A stretch of 64,000 nucleotides of DNA from the IMG/VR virus record IMGVR_UViG_3300017971_000287. One strand, written 5' to 3'. Position numbers and translations under genes: made by a program. Below the pieces are notes generated by a model. The model had not been told where the DNA came from. It did no database searches and saw only the letters and a list, made by a program, of their open reading frames with translations. This document shows, one piece after another, positions 1 through 9,459 of this stretch. The number at the start of each line of letters is the position of its first letter. The first letter of the stretch is position 1. Origin of the DNA: a virus.

Positions 1-29
1 GAGGCACCTGGTATGAGGTGTGATCACTG

Positions 30-335
30 ATGGCATACTTTGACGATCTAACTTTTGACGGGTTTGATGCATTAGACTTTGAAGAGTTTGACGCATTAGA
101 CGGATTAGAGTCATACCCATCGTCCTTTTACGATCCAGACAAACGGGCCAGCACGATAGGAGACCATCTATCGTTTTTAACTGTATTACCCAGAGGAGAC
201 AGCGATGTTTCCGCAGCAGACAGGCTACAAGCGGGGGAGTCATACAGAGGGATAGCGGTAGAGACGGCTGATATTTGTTGGGATGAAGGACACTTAGTAG
301 GAGGCATTTTGCCTATTGCAGGAGGGTTGGGCTGA
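30..335 (+). CDS. Hypothetical acidic protein, probably virion-associated
   Basis: 101-aa ORF whose TGA overlaps the next ATG (tgatg) in the structural operon; no recognisable motif. Confidence 0.55.
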   Translation: MAYFDDLTFDGFDALDFEEFDALDGLESYPSSFYDPDKRASTIGDHLSFLTVLPRGDSDVSAADRLQAGESYRGIAVETADICWDEGHLVGGILPIAGGLG

Positions 336-1084
336 TGGACGCAGTTAAACCAGGCAAGACAAACATCACCGTTTATTTTCGGTTACGGGATGCAACCACA
401 GGACTGGCTAAAACTGGACTAGCTTACAACAGTGCTGGTGTCTCTTGTTACTATACTCGAAACAGAGCCGCAGCAGTACAAGTGCCTTTGGTAGAATTAG
501 CCAGTGTTACGGCCGATCATACCGATGGAGGATTCATTGAAGTAGACGCAACGAATGCCAAAGGAGTGTACCGTGTTGACATTCCAGATGCAGCCTTTGT
601 GTCGGGTAGTCGTACTGTTTTGGTCTCATTAGAGTTTGACGGAATTATTGAGGAGACAAAAGAGGTTCACTTAGATGGGGTAATGTATGTTGTCTTTACT
701 CCAGTAGGTGTGACGGTGTCTGCTGGAGCAGTTTCAGACAACAATATTGTTACCTATCAACACGAAAAGTTTGGTCCTGTTATTTTTACCGTCGTTGATG
801 ACAACGGAGACGCAGTGGACCTTAGTGCGTCAACTCTAGAATTCAGAGTGTATGATAAGGATGACCGCACTACCATCTTGTGGACAATTGACGACACGGG
901 AACTTCAAATGGGACAATTAGCGTTGGAGGAGACGACAACAACCAAGTCACAGTAACTGGAGACAACGATACAGACACGGCAACAGCGGACATTAGGCGT
1001 TATGTTCTGTGGGACGTTACTGAACAAAAAGTCAGAGCAAGAGGTATTCTCAACATTGTTGCTGAAGCAGACAGGTCCAGTTAA
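335..1084 (+). CDS. Putative virion structural protein (beta-rich)
   Basis: 249 aa, V/T/D/G-rich beta-strand-like composition, upstream of neck/tail genes. Confidence 0.55.
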   Translation: MDAVKPGKTNITVYFRLRDATTGLAKTGLAYNSAGVSCYYTRNRAAAVQVPLVELASVTADHTDGGFIEVDATNAKGVYRVDIPDAAFVSGSRTVLVSLEFDGIIEETKEVHLDGVMYVVFTPVGVTVSAGAVSDNNIVTYQHEKFGPVIFTVVDDNGDAVDLSASTLEFRVYDKDDRTTILWTIDDTGTSNGTISVGGDDNNQVTVTGDNDTDTATADIRRYVLWDVTEQKVRARGILNIVAEADRSS

Positions 1085-1085
1085 C

Positions 1086-1454
1086 ATGGCTATCATACAA
1101 GGCGCAAAAAGACTTAACCGCACTCTAAAAGAGTTGCGAACCCGTTATGACGCACACCGAATTAAAGACGTGTTGGTAGGTTACACTGCAAACTACGCTA
1201 TCTTTGTTCACGAAAACCTAGAGGCGGCACACAAGCCAGGAAAGATTGCCAAGTTTTTGGAAACCCCGTTTCGAGAAAACCAGTCTCGGTATGCCAAAAT
1301 AATCGCCACAGCCCTCAAACGAGGAAGCACTGTAACTGAGGCGTTGAAGTTGGCAGGATTAGCTTTACAAAGAGACAGTCAGGCGGTTGTTCCAGTAGAT
1401 ACAGGTAACTTGAAAGGGTCTGCGTTTTGTAGAGAGGACAAGGAACTATTCTAA
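1086..1454 (+). CDS. Neck/tail-completion protein (HK97 gp10-like)
   Basis: YTANYAIFVHE, AKFLETPF and VPVDTGNLKGS motifs typical of HK97-gp10-like proteins; start moved to ATG 1086. Confidence 0.65.
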   Translation: MAIIQGAKRLNRTLKELRTRYDAHRIKDVLVGYTANYAIFVHENLEAAHKPGKIAKFLETPFRENQSRYAKIIATALKRGSTVTEALKLAGLALQRDSQAVVPVDTGNLKGSAFCREDKELF

Positions 1455-1455
1455 G

Positions 1456-1902
1456 ATGCCTGGTGCTTTAACACATCCTGCTTCAATGGTGCTTAGAAAG
1501 GCTTTTGTGGACCTTAGTGTAGGTAGTCTCCCTAGTGCGGGAGACAACTGGCCTATCTCAGTCGCTCAAGAGATAAATAGCCCAGACTCCACTATCACCA
1601 TCTATGATACTGCTAGTGTCATTCACGGAAGAAACATGATTGATGGGGTTATGGATGAGCATTATGGAATACAAATCAGGATAAGAGCCGCTGACTTTAC
1701 AACAGGTTGGGCAAAGGTAAAAGCAATCCAGGCCGCAATCGACTCAACAATTCAAAATACTGGAGTAGCAATTAGCAGTAACACATACCAAGTACCCGCT
1801 GTTACAAGAAAAAGTGGGCCGATCAGTCTAGGCAAAGAACCAACAAGCAAACGTTCCCTTTGGACAATCAACGCCGTTATGGCAATACGGCAGATCACTT
1901 AG
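1456..1902 (+). CDS. Tail terminator / minor virion protein
   Basis: 148 aa between gp10-like gene and tail tube; GIQIRIRAADF..GW pattern; synteny. Confidence 0.6.
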   Translation: MPGALTHPASMVLRKAFVDLSVGSLPSAGDNWPISVAQEINSPDSTITIYDTASVIHGRNMIDGVMDEHYGIQIRIRAADFTTGWAKVKAIQAAIDSTIQNTGVAISSNTYQVPAVTRKSGPISLGKEPTSKRSLWTINAVMAIRQIT

Positions 1903-1918
1903 TAAAGGAGTCTTTTCA

Positions 1919-2401
1919 ATGGGTAGTGCCCCTACAGCCGCAGCCAGTCGACGGACACCAGCTGGTATTCCGTTACCAGACGGGTATCAAACAACCGTAC
2001 AGATCCATGCTGATCCCGATATTTCATTTTGGGAAAGGTCTGTTACTCCTCCAGGAATTGACGGAGGAGATGAAGTGGAACTCACTACACAGCATAACAG
2101 CACTTGGAGAACCCTAGCGTCAAGGTCATTAGCCACCCTGACAGAAATGGTTTTGTCGGGTACTTATGACCCAGATGTGTATGATGAGATTTTGGCTATC
2201 ATTAACTACGAAACAACCATCACCGTGTTTTTCCCAGATGGAAGCACGCTGGCTTTTTACGGGTTTGTAAAACGGTTTACCCCAGGTGAGCTTGTAGAGG
2301 GTGTTCCTCCAGAGTGTTCTGTGGTAATCGTGCCTACTAACCGTGACCCGGCTGATGGAACCGAGCAAGCCCCTGTGATGACGGAAGTTGCTGGAACGTA
2401 G
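1919..2401 (+). CDS. Major tail tube protein
   Basis: 160 aa, AAGGAG SD, TPPGIDGGD and FPDGSTLAFYGFV motifs, position before chaperone and tape measure. Confidence 0.7.
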   Translation: MGSAPTAAASRRTPAGIPLPDGYQTTVQIHADPDISFWERSVTPPGIDGGDEVELTTQHNSTWRTLASRSLATLTEMVLSGTYDPDVYDEILAIINYETTITVFFPDGSTLAFYGFVKRFTPGELVEGVPPECSVVIVPTNRDPADGTEQAPVMTEVAGT

Positions 2402-2489
2402 TTGGTGTTTCTCCCTCGACCGGCGGTGGCTTCTTTTGGAAACGAAGGAAGCTACCGCCCCTTTTCTATTTTCAAAAAAGGAGCTAAAA

Positions 2490-2948
2490 GTGGAACCAGA
2501 AGTACTAGTTTTTGCCGATCTGGATTTGATTGAAATCCCTGTTGAAATAGGCGATAAGCGATACATACTACGTGAAGCCAATGGGGTAGTGGCTTGCAAA
2601 TATCGGAATGCTATCCTCGCTTGTGCGAAAATGGAAGGCGGAAAAGCAGCAGGTTTTGAAGGTCTTGCAGATGTAGAAGTTTTGCTGGTTTCCCTTTGTC
2701 TTTTTCGAGTACAAGAGGATGGATCAACAACACCTATCGCTATTAAAGACGTGCAGGGTTGGCCTAACCGTGTCGTTAAGACTCTTTTTACTAAGGCCCA
2801 AGAAATAAGTGAGCTGCAAGAAGGAGAAGACACAGAAGAGAGTCTTACCAAAGATATAACCGCCATGCAAAAGAAACTGAAGGCCCTTCAAGAAGGTAAT
2901 TCTCCGGTAAAAAACGTGCCAGAGTCTACGGTGGTTGGATCAACTTAG
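2490..2948 (+). CDS. Tail assembly chaperone (gpG-like)
   Basis: GTG start at 2490 after GGAG; between tail tube and tape measure; slippery heptamer near the 3' end. Confidence 0.7.
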   Translation: MEPEVLVFADLDLIEIPVEIGDKRYILREANGVVACKYRNAILACAKMEGGKAAGFEGLADVEVLLVSLCLFRVQEDGSTTPIAIKDVQGWPNRVVKTLFTKAQEISELQEGEDTEESLTKDITAMQKKLKALQEGNSPVKNVPESTVVGST

Positions 2949-3151
2949 CTGTAGAGCTTGGTGTTCCTCTAAGCGAATGTTTACAGGCACACACTCATAG
3001 AGAGTATCTTACCATTGTAGAGCACTTCAAGCCTAAGAAGACAAAACCGACCAAGCAAAGTATTGAAATGTCAAAGAGCCGTTGGGCTTTTGCCGTCGGT
3101 TTGAAAACATTCAAAAAGAATAAGAAGCATGGCCGCAGCAGAAGAAATTGA
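2909..3151 (+). CDS. -1 frameshift extension of the tail assembly chaperone (gpGT-like)
   Basis: A AAA AAC heptamer at 2909-2915 in the chaperone frame; -1 frame is open from 2915 to TGA 3149-3151 (RARVYGGWINLAVELGVPLSECL...), filling the gap to the tape measure gene. Confidence 0.7.
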   Translation, partial: KKRARVYGGWINLAVELGVPLSECLQAHTHREYLTIVEHFKPKKTKPTKQSIEMSKSRWAFAVGLKTFKKNKKHGRSRRN

Positions 3152-5468
3152 AAAGCTAGTTATTCGCCTGACTGGTCGCGGTGACGAGTATCGTAAGATG
3201 CTTGAACAAGCAACGAAGGATACTAATACCTACCTTGACCGAATGGGGCGTCTTCATGACCGGGCAACAGGCAAGTACGTTAAAGCCCATCAGACTGCCT
3301 CTCTAATTATTGGCCGGTCAATGCAAAAGCTGGGCCAAGAGATGACTAGGCTTGGCCGGACCTTATCATTACGTCTTACTGCTCCCTTAACTATTCTTGG
3401 CGGACTGGCTGTTAGGTCGTTTGCTCAGTTTGATAAAGCAATGACAGAAAGCATTGCTATCATGGACGTGACTAACGCGCAAATAGACCGAATGCGTCAA
3501 CTCTCTTTAGATTTGTCTACAGAGGCAGTCCAAGGACCAAAAGAACTAGCCCGTGCTTACTTCTACTTAGCTTCAGCTGGAAAAGATGCTGAGCAATCTA
3601 TGGCTCTACTACCTCAGGTCATTAAGTTTGCTACGGCTGGTGCTTTTGACATGGCCAAAGCAACAGACTTGCTTACAGACGCACAAAGTGCTTTGGGTTT
3701 AACTATGGAGGATGCCTATGAAGACGCTCAGAGCATGGCACGAGTGTCTGATGTTCTTGTAAAAGCAAACACGTTAGCTAACGCAACTGTGGAACAATTT
3801 TCTACTGCACTAACCAGTAAGGCTGGTGCTGCCTTGAAAGCGTACAACAAGGATGTTGAAGAAGGTGTTGCAGTTTTAGCAGCATTAGCAGACCAGGGTG
3901 TAAAAGCAGAATTGGCTGGTAACTCTCTAGATCGTTTTTTGAGGTTGCTGTCCAAAACAACTCTTGATAATGCGGCAGCCCACAGAGAATTAGGGTTTGA
4001 AGTATTTGACTCTACTGGTAAAATGCACAACTTTGCCGACATTGTAGGCAACCTAGAAACTATTTTGGCAGGAATGTCTGACCAGCAAAAGGTAGTTACT
4101 CTTGACATGTTAGGTTTTCAAGCAAGAGTACAACAGGTAATTTTGCCTTTGATAGGTACTTCTAACGCTATCAGAGAGTATGAAAGTGAACTGCGTTCTG
4201 CAGGAGGTACAACAAACCATGTTGCTGAAGTGCAGATGCAATCCTTCAGTAATCGAATGGCGCAAGTACGCAACAAACTTAGTGTGGTTGCTATTGACAT
4301 TGGAGAGCGGTTAGTTCCTACCATTGAGTTATTGACAAACAAGTTAGTAGCTGCTACAGAATGGTGGAACCGGCTTGATAATGGCACGAAAGACATTATT
4401 ATTACAGCGGCCCTTGTAGTAGGTGCGTTAGGACCGTTGACGATTGCACTTGGAACCGTAACTTCAATGCTCGGAACAGCAGTTGCTCTGTCTGGTTCTT
4501 TTACGGTGGTAGCCCAAACGTTGGCCGTTGTTGGGGTCGGTGCTCTGGCCGCTGCTCTTTGGAGGAGTGTGAGTGGTATTTCAGAACTGAATGCTGAAAT
4601 GGCAAGAAGCAAAAAACTTAGTGAAGCGTTGTTGGGTATCTGGGGCACCCGCCAACAAAAGTTTATTGCGGGAGCCATGCAAGAGACTGATCTAAGTAAG
4701 CGGGGCAAGATTCTTGAACAAGAAACGAGTGCAACTACTAGAGACATCTCTGCAAAAGAACAAAGCATTCAAAAGATTCTACGTAAGGGAGACAAGCGGG
4801 GAGAAAAGTACACAGGAAAAGAGTCAGACAAGCGTTTAGGGTTTGCTCTTACTGAACAAGACATTGCAAAGTTACGGGAATTACAAAAGCAACAAAAAAA
4901 GCTAGTAGAGTACCGTAAAGACTTGAACGATGCTCTTGAAAGGACAAACAAAGCCAAAGAACGTGAAAACATTTTTGAACAGACATTAGCTGCTTCAGAA
5001 CAAAAGAGGAAAGAGAAGCTAGAAGAGTTAATGAGTACTCAGCAAAAACTAATGGACAACGTGACAAAACAAAAGACAGAAAAGTCCATCCAAGAATTAG
5101 CACTAGAACAAGTAGAAGCCAGAGCAAAACAAGAAGCAGTGCAACAAGAGGTAGAAAGACTCAATTCAATTTGGGCTTTTCAAGAGCAGGAACGACAACT
5201 CATCCCAAAGATCAACGCAAGAATTCCCAAGCCAGGCAGCCAGTGGATGCAGGACATTCCCAAAGGAGCAACTGGAGACCCAATTAACGCTGCTCCTCAA
5301 TTTGCTCCAATCCCCCGCCCTGATTCTATGCCTAAGCCTTTGTCGCCTGGGCAAGCCTTTGAACAATCTATCGCTAATGCACCAAAGGGAGTAATGGTTC
5401 TGGAAGAAATTTTGGAAGAGATGCGTGCTCAACGTAGTGATATTGAAGCTGTAACGTTGGGAGAGTAG
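3129..5468 (+). CDS. Tail tape measure protein (TP901-family core)
   Basis: 779 aa, Ala-rich helical; FDKAM..., ATAGAFDMAKATDLL, LADQGVKAELAG, TM-like middle segment, coiled-coil C-terminus. Confidence 0.92.
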   Translation: MAAAEEIEKLVIRLTGRGDEYRKMLEQATKDTNTYLDRMGRLHDRATGKYVKAHQTASLIIGRSMQKLGQEMTRLGRTLSLRLTAPLTILGGLAVRSFAQFDKAMTESIAIMDVTNAQIDRMRQLSLDLSTEAVQGPKELARAYFYLASAGKDAEQSMALLPQVIKFATAGAFDMAKATDLLTDAQSALGLTMEDAYEDAQSMARVSDVLVKANTLANATVEQFSTALTSKAGAALKAYNKDVEEGVAVLAALADQGVKAELAGNSLDRFLRLLSKTTLDNAAAHRELGFEVFDSTGKMHNFADIVGNLETILAGMSDQQKVVTLDMLGFQARVQQVILPLIGTSNAIREYESELRSAGGTTNHVAEVQMQSFSNRMAQVRNKLSVVAIDIGERLVPTIELLTNKLVAATEWWNRLDNGTKDIIITAALVVGALGPLTIALGTVTSMLGTAVALSGSFTVVAQTLAVVGVGALAAALWRSVSGISELNAEMARSKKLSEALLGIWGTRQQKFIAGAMQETDLSKRGKILEQETSATTRDISAKEQSIQKILRKGDKRGEKYTGKESDKRLGFALTEQDIAKLRELQKQQKKLVEYRKDLNDALERTNKAKERENIFEQTLAASEQKRKEKLEELMSTQQKLMDNVTKQKTEKSIQELALEQVEARAKQEAVQQEVERLNSIWAFQEQERQLIPKINARIPKPGSQWMQDIPKGATGDPINAAPQFAPIPRPDSMPKPLSPGQAFEQSIANAPKGVMVLEEILEEMRAQRSDIEAVTLGE

Positions 5469-5472
5469 TAGT

Positions 5473-6357
5473 ATGTCTGCAAGTGTAATCCATACTGACG
5501 ATAGACTAGAATGGACTGGCGATCAAAACAAGGAAGGCCACCGTGACTTTTGGATCACCTATAAGGTGGAGACAACAGACTACGCTGACGGTCCAGACAC
5601 GGTACTGGACGCTTCTGGTCTGCCATTAGTAGGCTCTATTTATAACGAAGGAAATGATCTAAACATCTGGGCTTACTGTCGCGCAGAACGAAGGGCCAAG
5701 CAATTACAACAACGGGGAGGAGAAAAAAGCAAATACTGGACGGTTAGGTGCTTGTTTAGCACTAAACCAATGGATCGTTGTCAAGACACTCCTATTGAAG
5801 ACCCCCTGCTTGAGCCTGCAAAGATCAGTGGTAACTTCCAAAAAGAAACCCGCATTTATGATGTAGACCGTAATGGGAACGCAATAGAAACAGCAGCCCA
5901 TCAACTGTTGCCAGAGACTGATAGAGAGTTCAGAGACAGCCATCCAACGGTTGTTATTAGTGTTAACACTTCCTCTCTGGGACTTTCTACGTTTGCTTCA
6001 ATGGTGAATACAGTAAACAGTGCAACCCTTTGGGGTATGACTGCCCGTAAAATACTGTTGTCTGACGTTCATTGGGAACGGAAAATCCAAGGCTCTTGTG
6101 TGTACTACTACACTATTACTTTGCACTTTGAGATTGCTTCCAACGGGTTTGATAAGACAGTAAAAGCAAAAGGCACGCATGTATTAGACGATGAAGGGGA
6201 TGTGGCTCTTAACACGGACACTCCAGGCAACCCTGTAGAAACATTCATTAACGCCTCTGGTAAGGCTGTTAATACTGCGGATGATGCAGAGGAAATAACC
6301 ATTGAGCGATACAGTGAATCTAATTTTCTTACCTTAGGCATTCCAACAACACTATAG
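5473..6357 (+). CDS. Putative distal tail / tail-tip protein
   Basis: 294 aa immediately after tape measure; synteny only. Confidence 0.55.
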   Translation: MSASVIHTDDRLEWTGDQNKEGHRDFWITYKVETTDYADGPDTVLDASGLPLVGSIYNEGNDLNIWAYCRAERRAKQLQQRGGEKSKYWTVRCLFSTKPMDRCQDTPIEDPLLEPAKISGNFQKETRIYDVDRNGNAIETAAHQLLPETDREFRDSHPTVVISVNTSSLGLSTFASMVNTVNSATLWGMTARKILLSDVHWERKIQGSCVYYYTITLHFEIASNGFDKTVKAKGTHVLDDEGDVALNTDTPGNPVETFINASGKAVNTADDAEEITIERYSESNFLTLGIPTTL

Positions 6358-6372
6358 CCGGAGTACACTACA

Positions 6373-6801
6373 ATGGCTAACGAAGCAACAATACGGCAGT
6401 GGATGACTGTTCTTGTGGGAGACAACCAGTGGTCTTCTCCACGACCCTCTTCCTTTCAAACTGATGTGGCCTCTTTTAAGGGACCTGTTCCGGGTGTATT
6501 CACCGTTACAATTGCCGGTATCGATGTTGACTTATCGGAACTGACAATTCCTGGCCTTTGCCAAATAACAAACCTCGACAGCACCAACTACGTTAATGTA
6601 GGTATTTGGGATCCAGAAACAGGAGTATTCTACCCACTAGCTGAAGTGCGCGCAGGAGAAACCTGGTGCTTACGATTGTCTAGAAACCTTTTTGGAGAAT
6701 ACGGTACTGGTCCAGGCACGAGTGGGGCAAACACAAACACACTAAGAATCAAAGCGGACACCGCAAGTTGTTCAGTAGTTGTAGAAGCGTTTGAAGCATG
6801 A
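6373..6801 (+). CDS. Putative tail protein
   Basis: 142 aa beta-rich ORF, GGAG SD. Confidence 0.55.
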   Translation: MANEATIRQWMTVLVGDNQWSSPRPSSFQTDVASFKGPVPGVFTVTIAGIDVDLSELTIPGLCQITNLDSTNYVNVGIWDPETGVFYPLAEVRAGETWCLRLSRNLFGEYGTGPGTSGANTNTLRIKADTASCSVVVEAFEA

Positions 6802-6826
6802 TTTATCTTAGGCAAGGAGCGAAACT

Positions 6827-7252
6827 ATGCCTGACATCAAAAACCGCGTGACAGTTGTTGAGCAAGTCTATCATCAAATCGTTGGACAAGAACCAGTACC
6901 GTTTGAGTCACGGTACTCTTACGAACTGCAATCTGACGAACAAGCTTATCACCGCTCTTGTAAAGCAGCAGAACAGTTTGAGGCCATCGACCTAGGTTGG
7001 TTAACTAACCAAGAGGGTATGCTTGTTATTCGCAATGAAGAGGGTAGGAATCTTACCAAAAAGCTAAGTCCAGAAGAACAAGCGGAACTAGCTCAAAAAC
7101 AACTTCTTTTAGGCTTACCCGCTGTGCCTGACTCTTGTTGGGTTATTGCTCCAGGAGAAACCATTAAAGGCACACCCGTTTCTGTTCAGAAGTTGTCAAT
7201 ACGGGCAACAAAGGGTGTTGTTCGTTTCTCCCTTCTCATTCTTCCAAGATAG
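6827..7252 (+). CDS. Putative tail protein
   Basis: 141 aa, AAGGAG SD; C-terminus resembles the preceding ORF (W.I.PGET.K vs VRAGETW). Confidence 0.55.
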   Translation: MPDIKNRVTVVEQVYHQIVGQEPVPFESRYSYELQSDEQAYHRSCKAAEQFEAIDLGWLTNQEGMLVIRNEEGRNLTKKLSPEEQAELAQKQLLLGLPAVPDSCWVIAPGETIKGTPVSVQKLSIRATKGVVRFSLLILPR

Positions 7253-7256
7253 TCTC

Positions 7257-7835
7257 ATGGCTCAAAAGATTCTCACACAAAGAGCAGAGGACCGTCTCAA
7301 CGAGATGTGGGATTGGTTCCAGCAAGAAAAGTTAAAAAGAGCAACCCAATCACCCTTGCCGAACACTTTTCTTCCTCCAGAAGTGTATCTAGCGAAGCCT
7401 CAAGATTCAGGAGGTATTCCAGGCCTAGCTAACGATGATGAACCTGGAAGTGCTACTTGTGACATTTACAAGTTGGATGATAGTGATCCTCCTGCTTTAG
7501 TAGCTGTGACAGGTCTTGAAAGAACAGTCTACAACCTTTCACAATCTGACATTGGTCAAGATTGGATTGTGGTTGTGCGTACAAAGTTTGGCAAATGGTT
7601 TGCTTTGCTCTCTGGGTTTGATATCGCTTTCGGCAAACTAGATGGAGAGTTGGCAAGAGACAGTTCTGCTACTATGTCTGTTTGGGCAGGAAGCACTCTT
7701 GCTGATACGGGAGATAACATAACCGTAAATGACTGGCTTTTGAGTACTGGAGATTCTTTAGCCACAGCTACAAAATGTGTAGCAGTTAAGTACCACACTA
7801 AATGGTACGTCATCGCCGCAGAATGCCCTACCTAG
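7257..7835 (+). CDS. Putative tail protein
   Basis: ATG 7257 just after the upstream stop; ends WYVIAAECPT. Confidence 0.55.
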   Translation: MAQKILTQRAEDRLNEMWDWFQQEKLKRATQSPLPNTFLPPEVYLAKPQDSGGIPGLANDDEPGSATCDIYKLDDSDPPALVAVTGLERTVYNLSQSDIGQDWIVVVRTKFGKWFALLSGFDIAFGKLDGELARDSSATMSVWAGSTLADTGDNITVNDWLLSTGDSLATATKCVAVKYHTKWYVIAAECPT

Positions 7836-7836
7836 T

Positions 7837-8346
7837 ATGTTTAGACCTAAGTACACAAGACGATCCAGCAATCTTTGGCTGCCTGCCAAAACCGGAACAG
7901 GTCTATGGCGGTTTCTTCCAGTAGGGAATTGTTGTGTAAGTTGTGGGGGATGTATTGGGGATCATCCAAATCAAATTCAGGTGGACATTTCTGGTGTAGT
8001 AGATGATAATTGTGCTGACTGCGATACTGAGGTGAACGGCAGCTATGTTACAGACTTTCTTCAGGAAGTTGGTAACAGCTGTACGTGGCAATACACGTCA
8101 GACGACGCTCCTTGTGGAGCAACTTTGGTGACGGTCACAGTTTGGGTATGGGCCGGAGGAGAAGTCTGGGCGTGGTATTCACTGGCTGGAGGACTAGTAT
8201 CATACTATATCGCTTGGGAACTTCAAACCTTTGAAGATCGAGATTGTATGCATTTTTCCAATTTTGACGTGCCTTATGCTGAGCATGGTACACCAGGGCC
8301 TAAGTGTGACCCAACTAGTTCAACCTGTTCAATTACAACACTCTAA
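7837..8346 (+). CDS. Cys-rich putative tail-tip protein
   Basis: 169 aa with CCVSCGGC, CADC and further Cys; stop overlaps next ATG. Confidence 0.55.
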   Translation: MFRPKYTRRSSNLWLPAKTGTGLWRFLPVGNCCVSCGGCIGDHPNQIQVDISGVVDDNCADCDTEVNGSYVTDFLQEVGNSCTWQYTSDDAPCGATLVTVTVWVWAGGEVWAWYSLAGGLVSYYIAWELQTFEDRDCMHFSNFDVPYAEHGTPGPKCDPTSSTCSITTL

Positions 8347-8801
8347 TGGACTGCGACATAAAACGACAAGGAACGCAATGGCTCCCTTGCCCACGCTGCG
8401 GATGGGTCTATTCGGGAAAATCCACAAAACCCCCCAGAAGGACGTGTCCAAAAGTGCCAGGAACAATACTTCACACACTGTTATTGTCCCGCTTAGGAAC
8501 AGACGTGGTTTCTGGCTGTGCTTGTAGGGCGTGGATCAGTCAGATGAACCGTTGGGGGCCTGATAGATGCCGAGACAACCTTATAAAGATCGTTAATGCG
8601 TTACTTGCAGAAGCTAAGCGGCGAGAGTGGAAATTAGACGGAAAACCGATTCTTTCTAGAATAGCTAAGTATGGAACAACCTTGCCGGGCGGGATAATCT
8701 TTGCGCGTAGCTGGGCACGTAAGCTAGTATTGGAAGCGATCAAAAGGAGCGAACAAAGTGAAGAACCCGATTTGGGCGTATGGCCTGCTGACCGTTCCTG
8801 A
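8346..8801 (+). CDS. Cys-rich protein (CPRC zinc-ribbon-like N-terminus)
   Basis: CPRCGW..., PGTILHTLL..., CACRAWISQMNRWGPDRC; last gene before the glycan cluster. Confidence 0.55.
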   Translation: MDCDIKRQGTQWLPCPRCGWVYSGKSTKPPRRTCPKVPGTILHTLLLSRLGTDVVSGCACRAWISQMNRWGPDRCRDNLIKIVNALLAEAKRREWKLDGKPILSRIAKYGTTLPGGIIFARSWARKLVLEAIKRSEQSEEPDLGVWPADRS

Positions 8802-9459
8802 ACGGCGGTATGATCTTTTTCCAATAACTCTAAAAAGTCTAATAGAAGCTGGGTTTCACAACCCTACTCTTTTCGTGGATGGTGACTCTTCTTGCAGTGA
8901 ATACGAACTGTTTAGCCTGCCTGTAGTCACTCACAACCCTCCTATTCGTATTGTAGCAAACTGGATGACTGCTGCTTGGCAACTACTTGTTTGTAATCCA
9001 CAAGCAACTCACTTTGCGTTATTTCAAGATGATGTCTTGCTTTGTAAAGGGGTTCGCCAGTACATTGAGCAAGGAGAATACCCTAAGAAAGCTTACCTCA
9101 ACCTTTGTAACTACAAAGAGAATGAAGAGCTAGCAGACGGCAAAAAAGGTTGGTATCCTTCTAATCAGAAAGGAAGAGGGGCGCAAGCGTTGGTTTTTAG
9201 CCGGCATTCATTTGCAGGCTTGTTGGGTACTAACAGAATTGCTGAACGCGCTTTATGTGTTAAAAACGGGTGGCGGAACATTGATGGAGGTGTCTCTCTT
9301 TCTGCTAACGCATTAGGCTACACTGAATTAGTTCACATGCCTTCTTTAGCAGAGCACATTGGGACAAAAAGTACGATAGGTAACAGCTTTAATCGGTATC
9401 CTGGACCAGAGACTTTTCCAGGAACCGCTTACAACGTTTTTACAGGAGCGCACTCATGA
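8758..9459 (+). CDS. Glycosyltransferase-like protein (GT-A fold)
   Basis: TLFVDGD, ALFQDDVLL (DxD-like), GAQALVFS, PSLAEHIG motifs. Confidence 0.65.
   Translation: MKNPIWAYGLLTVPERRYDLFPITLKSLIEAGFHNPTLFVDGDSSCSEYELFSLPVVTHNPPIRIVANWMTAAWQLLVCNPQATHFALFQDDVLLCKGVRQYIEQGEYPKKAYLNLCNYKENEELADGKKGWYPSNQKGRGAQALVFSRHSFAGLLGTNRIAERALCVKNGWRNIDGGVSLSANALGYTELVHMPSLAEHIGTKSTIGNSFNRYPGPETFPGTAYNVFTGAHS

Noticed and set aside
2129-5432. Long minus-strand ORFs opposite tail genes (e.g. 2129..2866, 4118..4768) and similar nested ORFs elsewhere
   Set aside because: Fully overlap well-supported genes, with no SD or recognisable motifs
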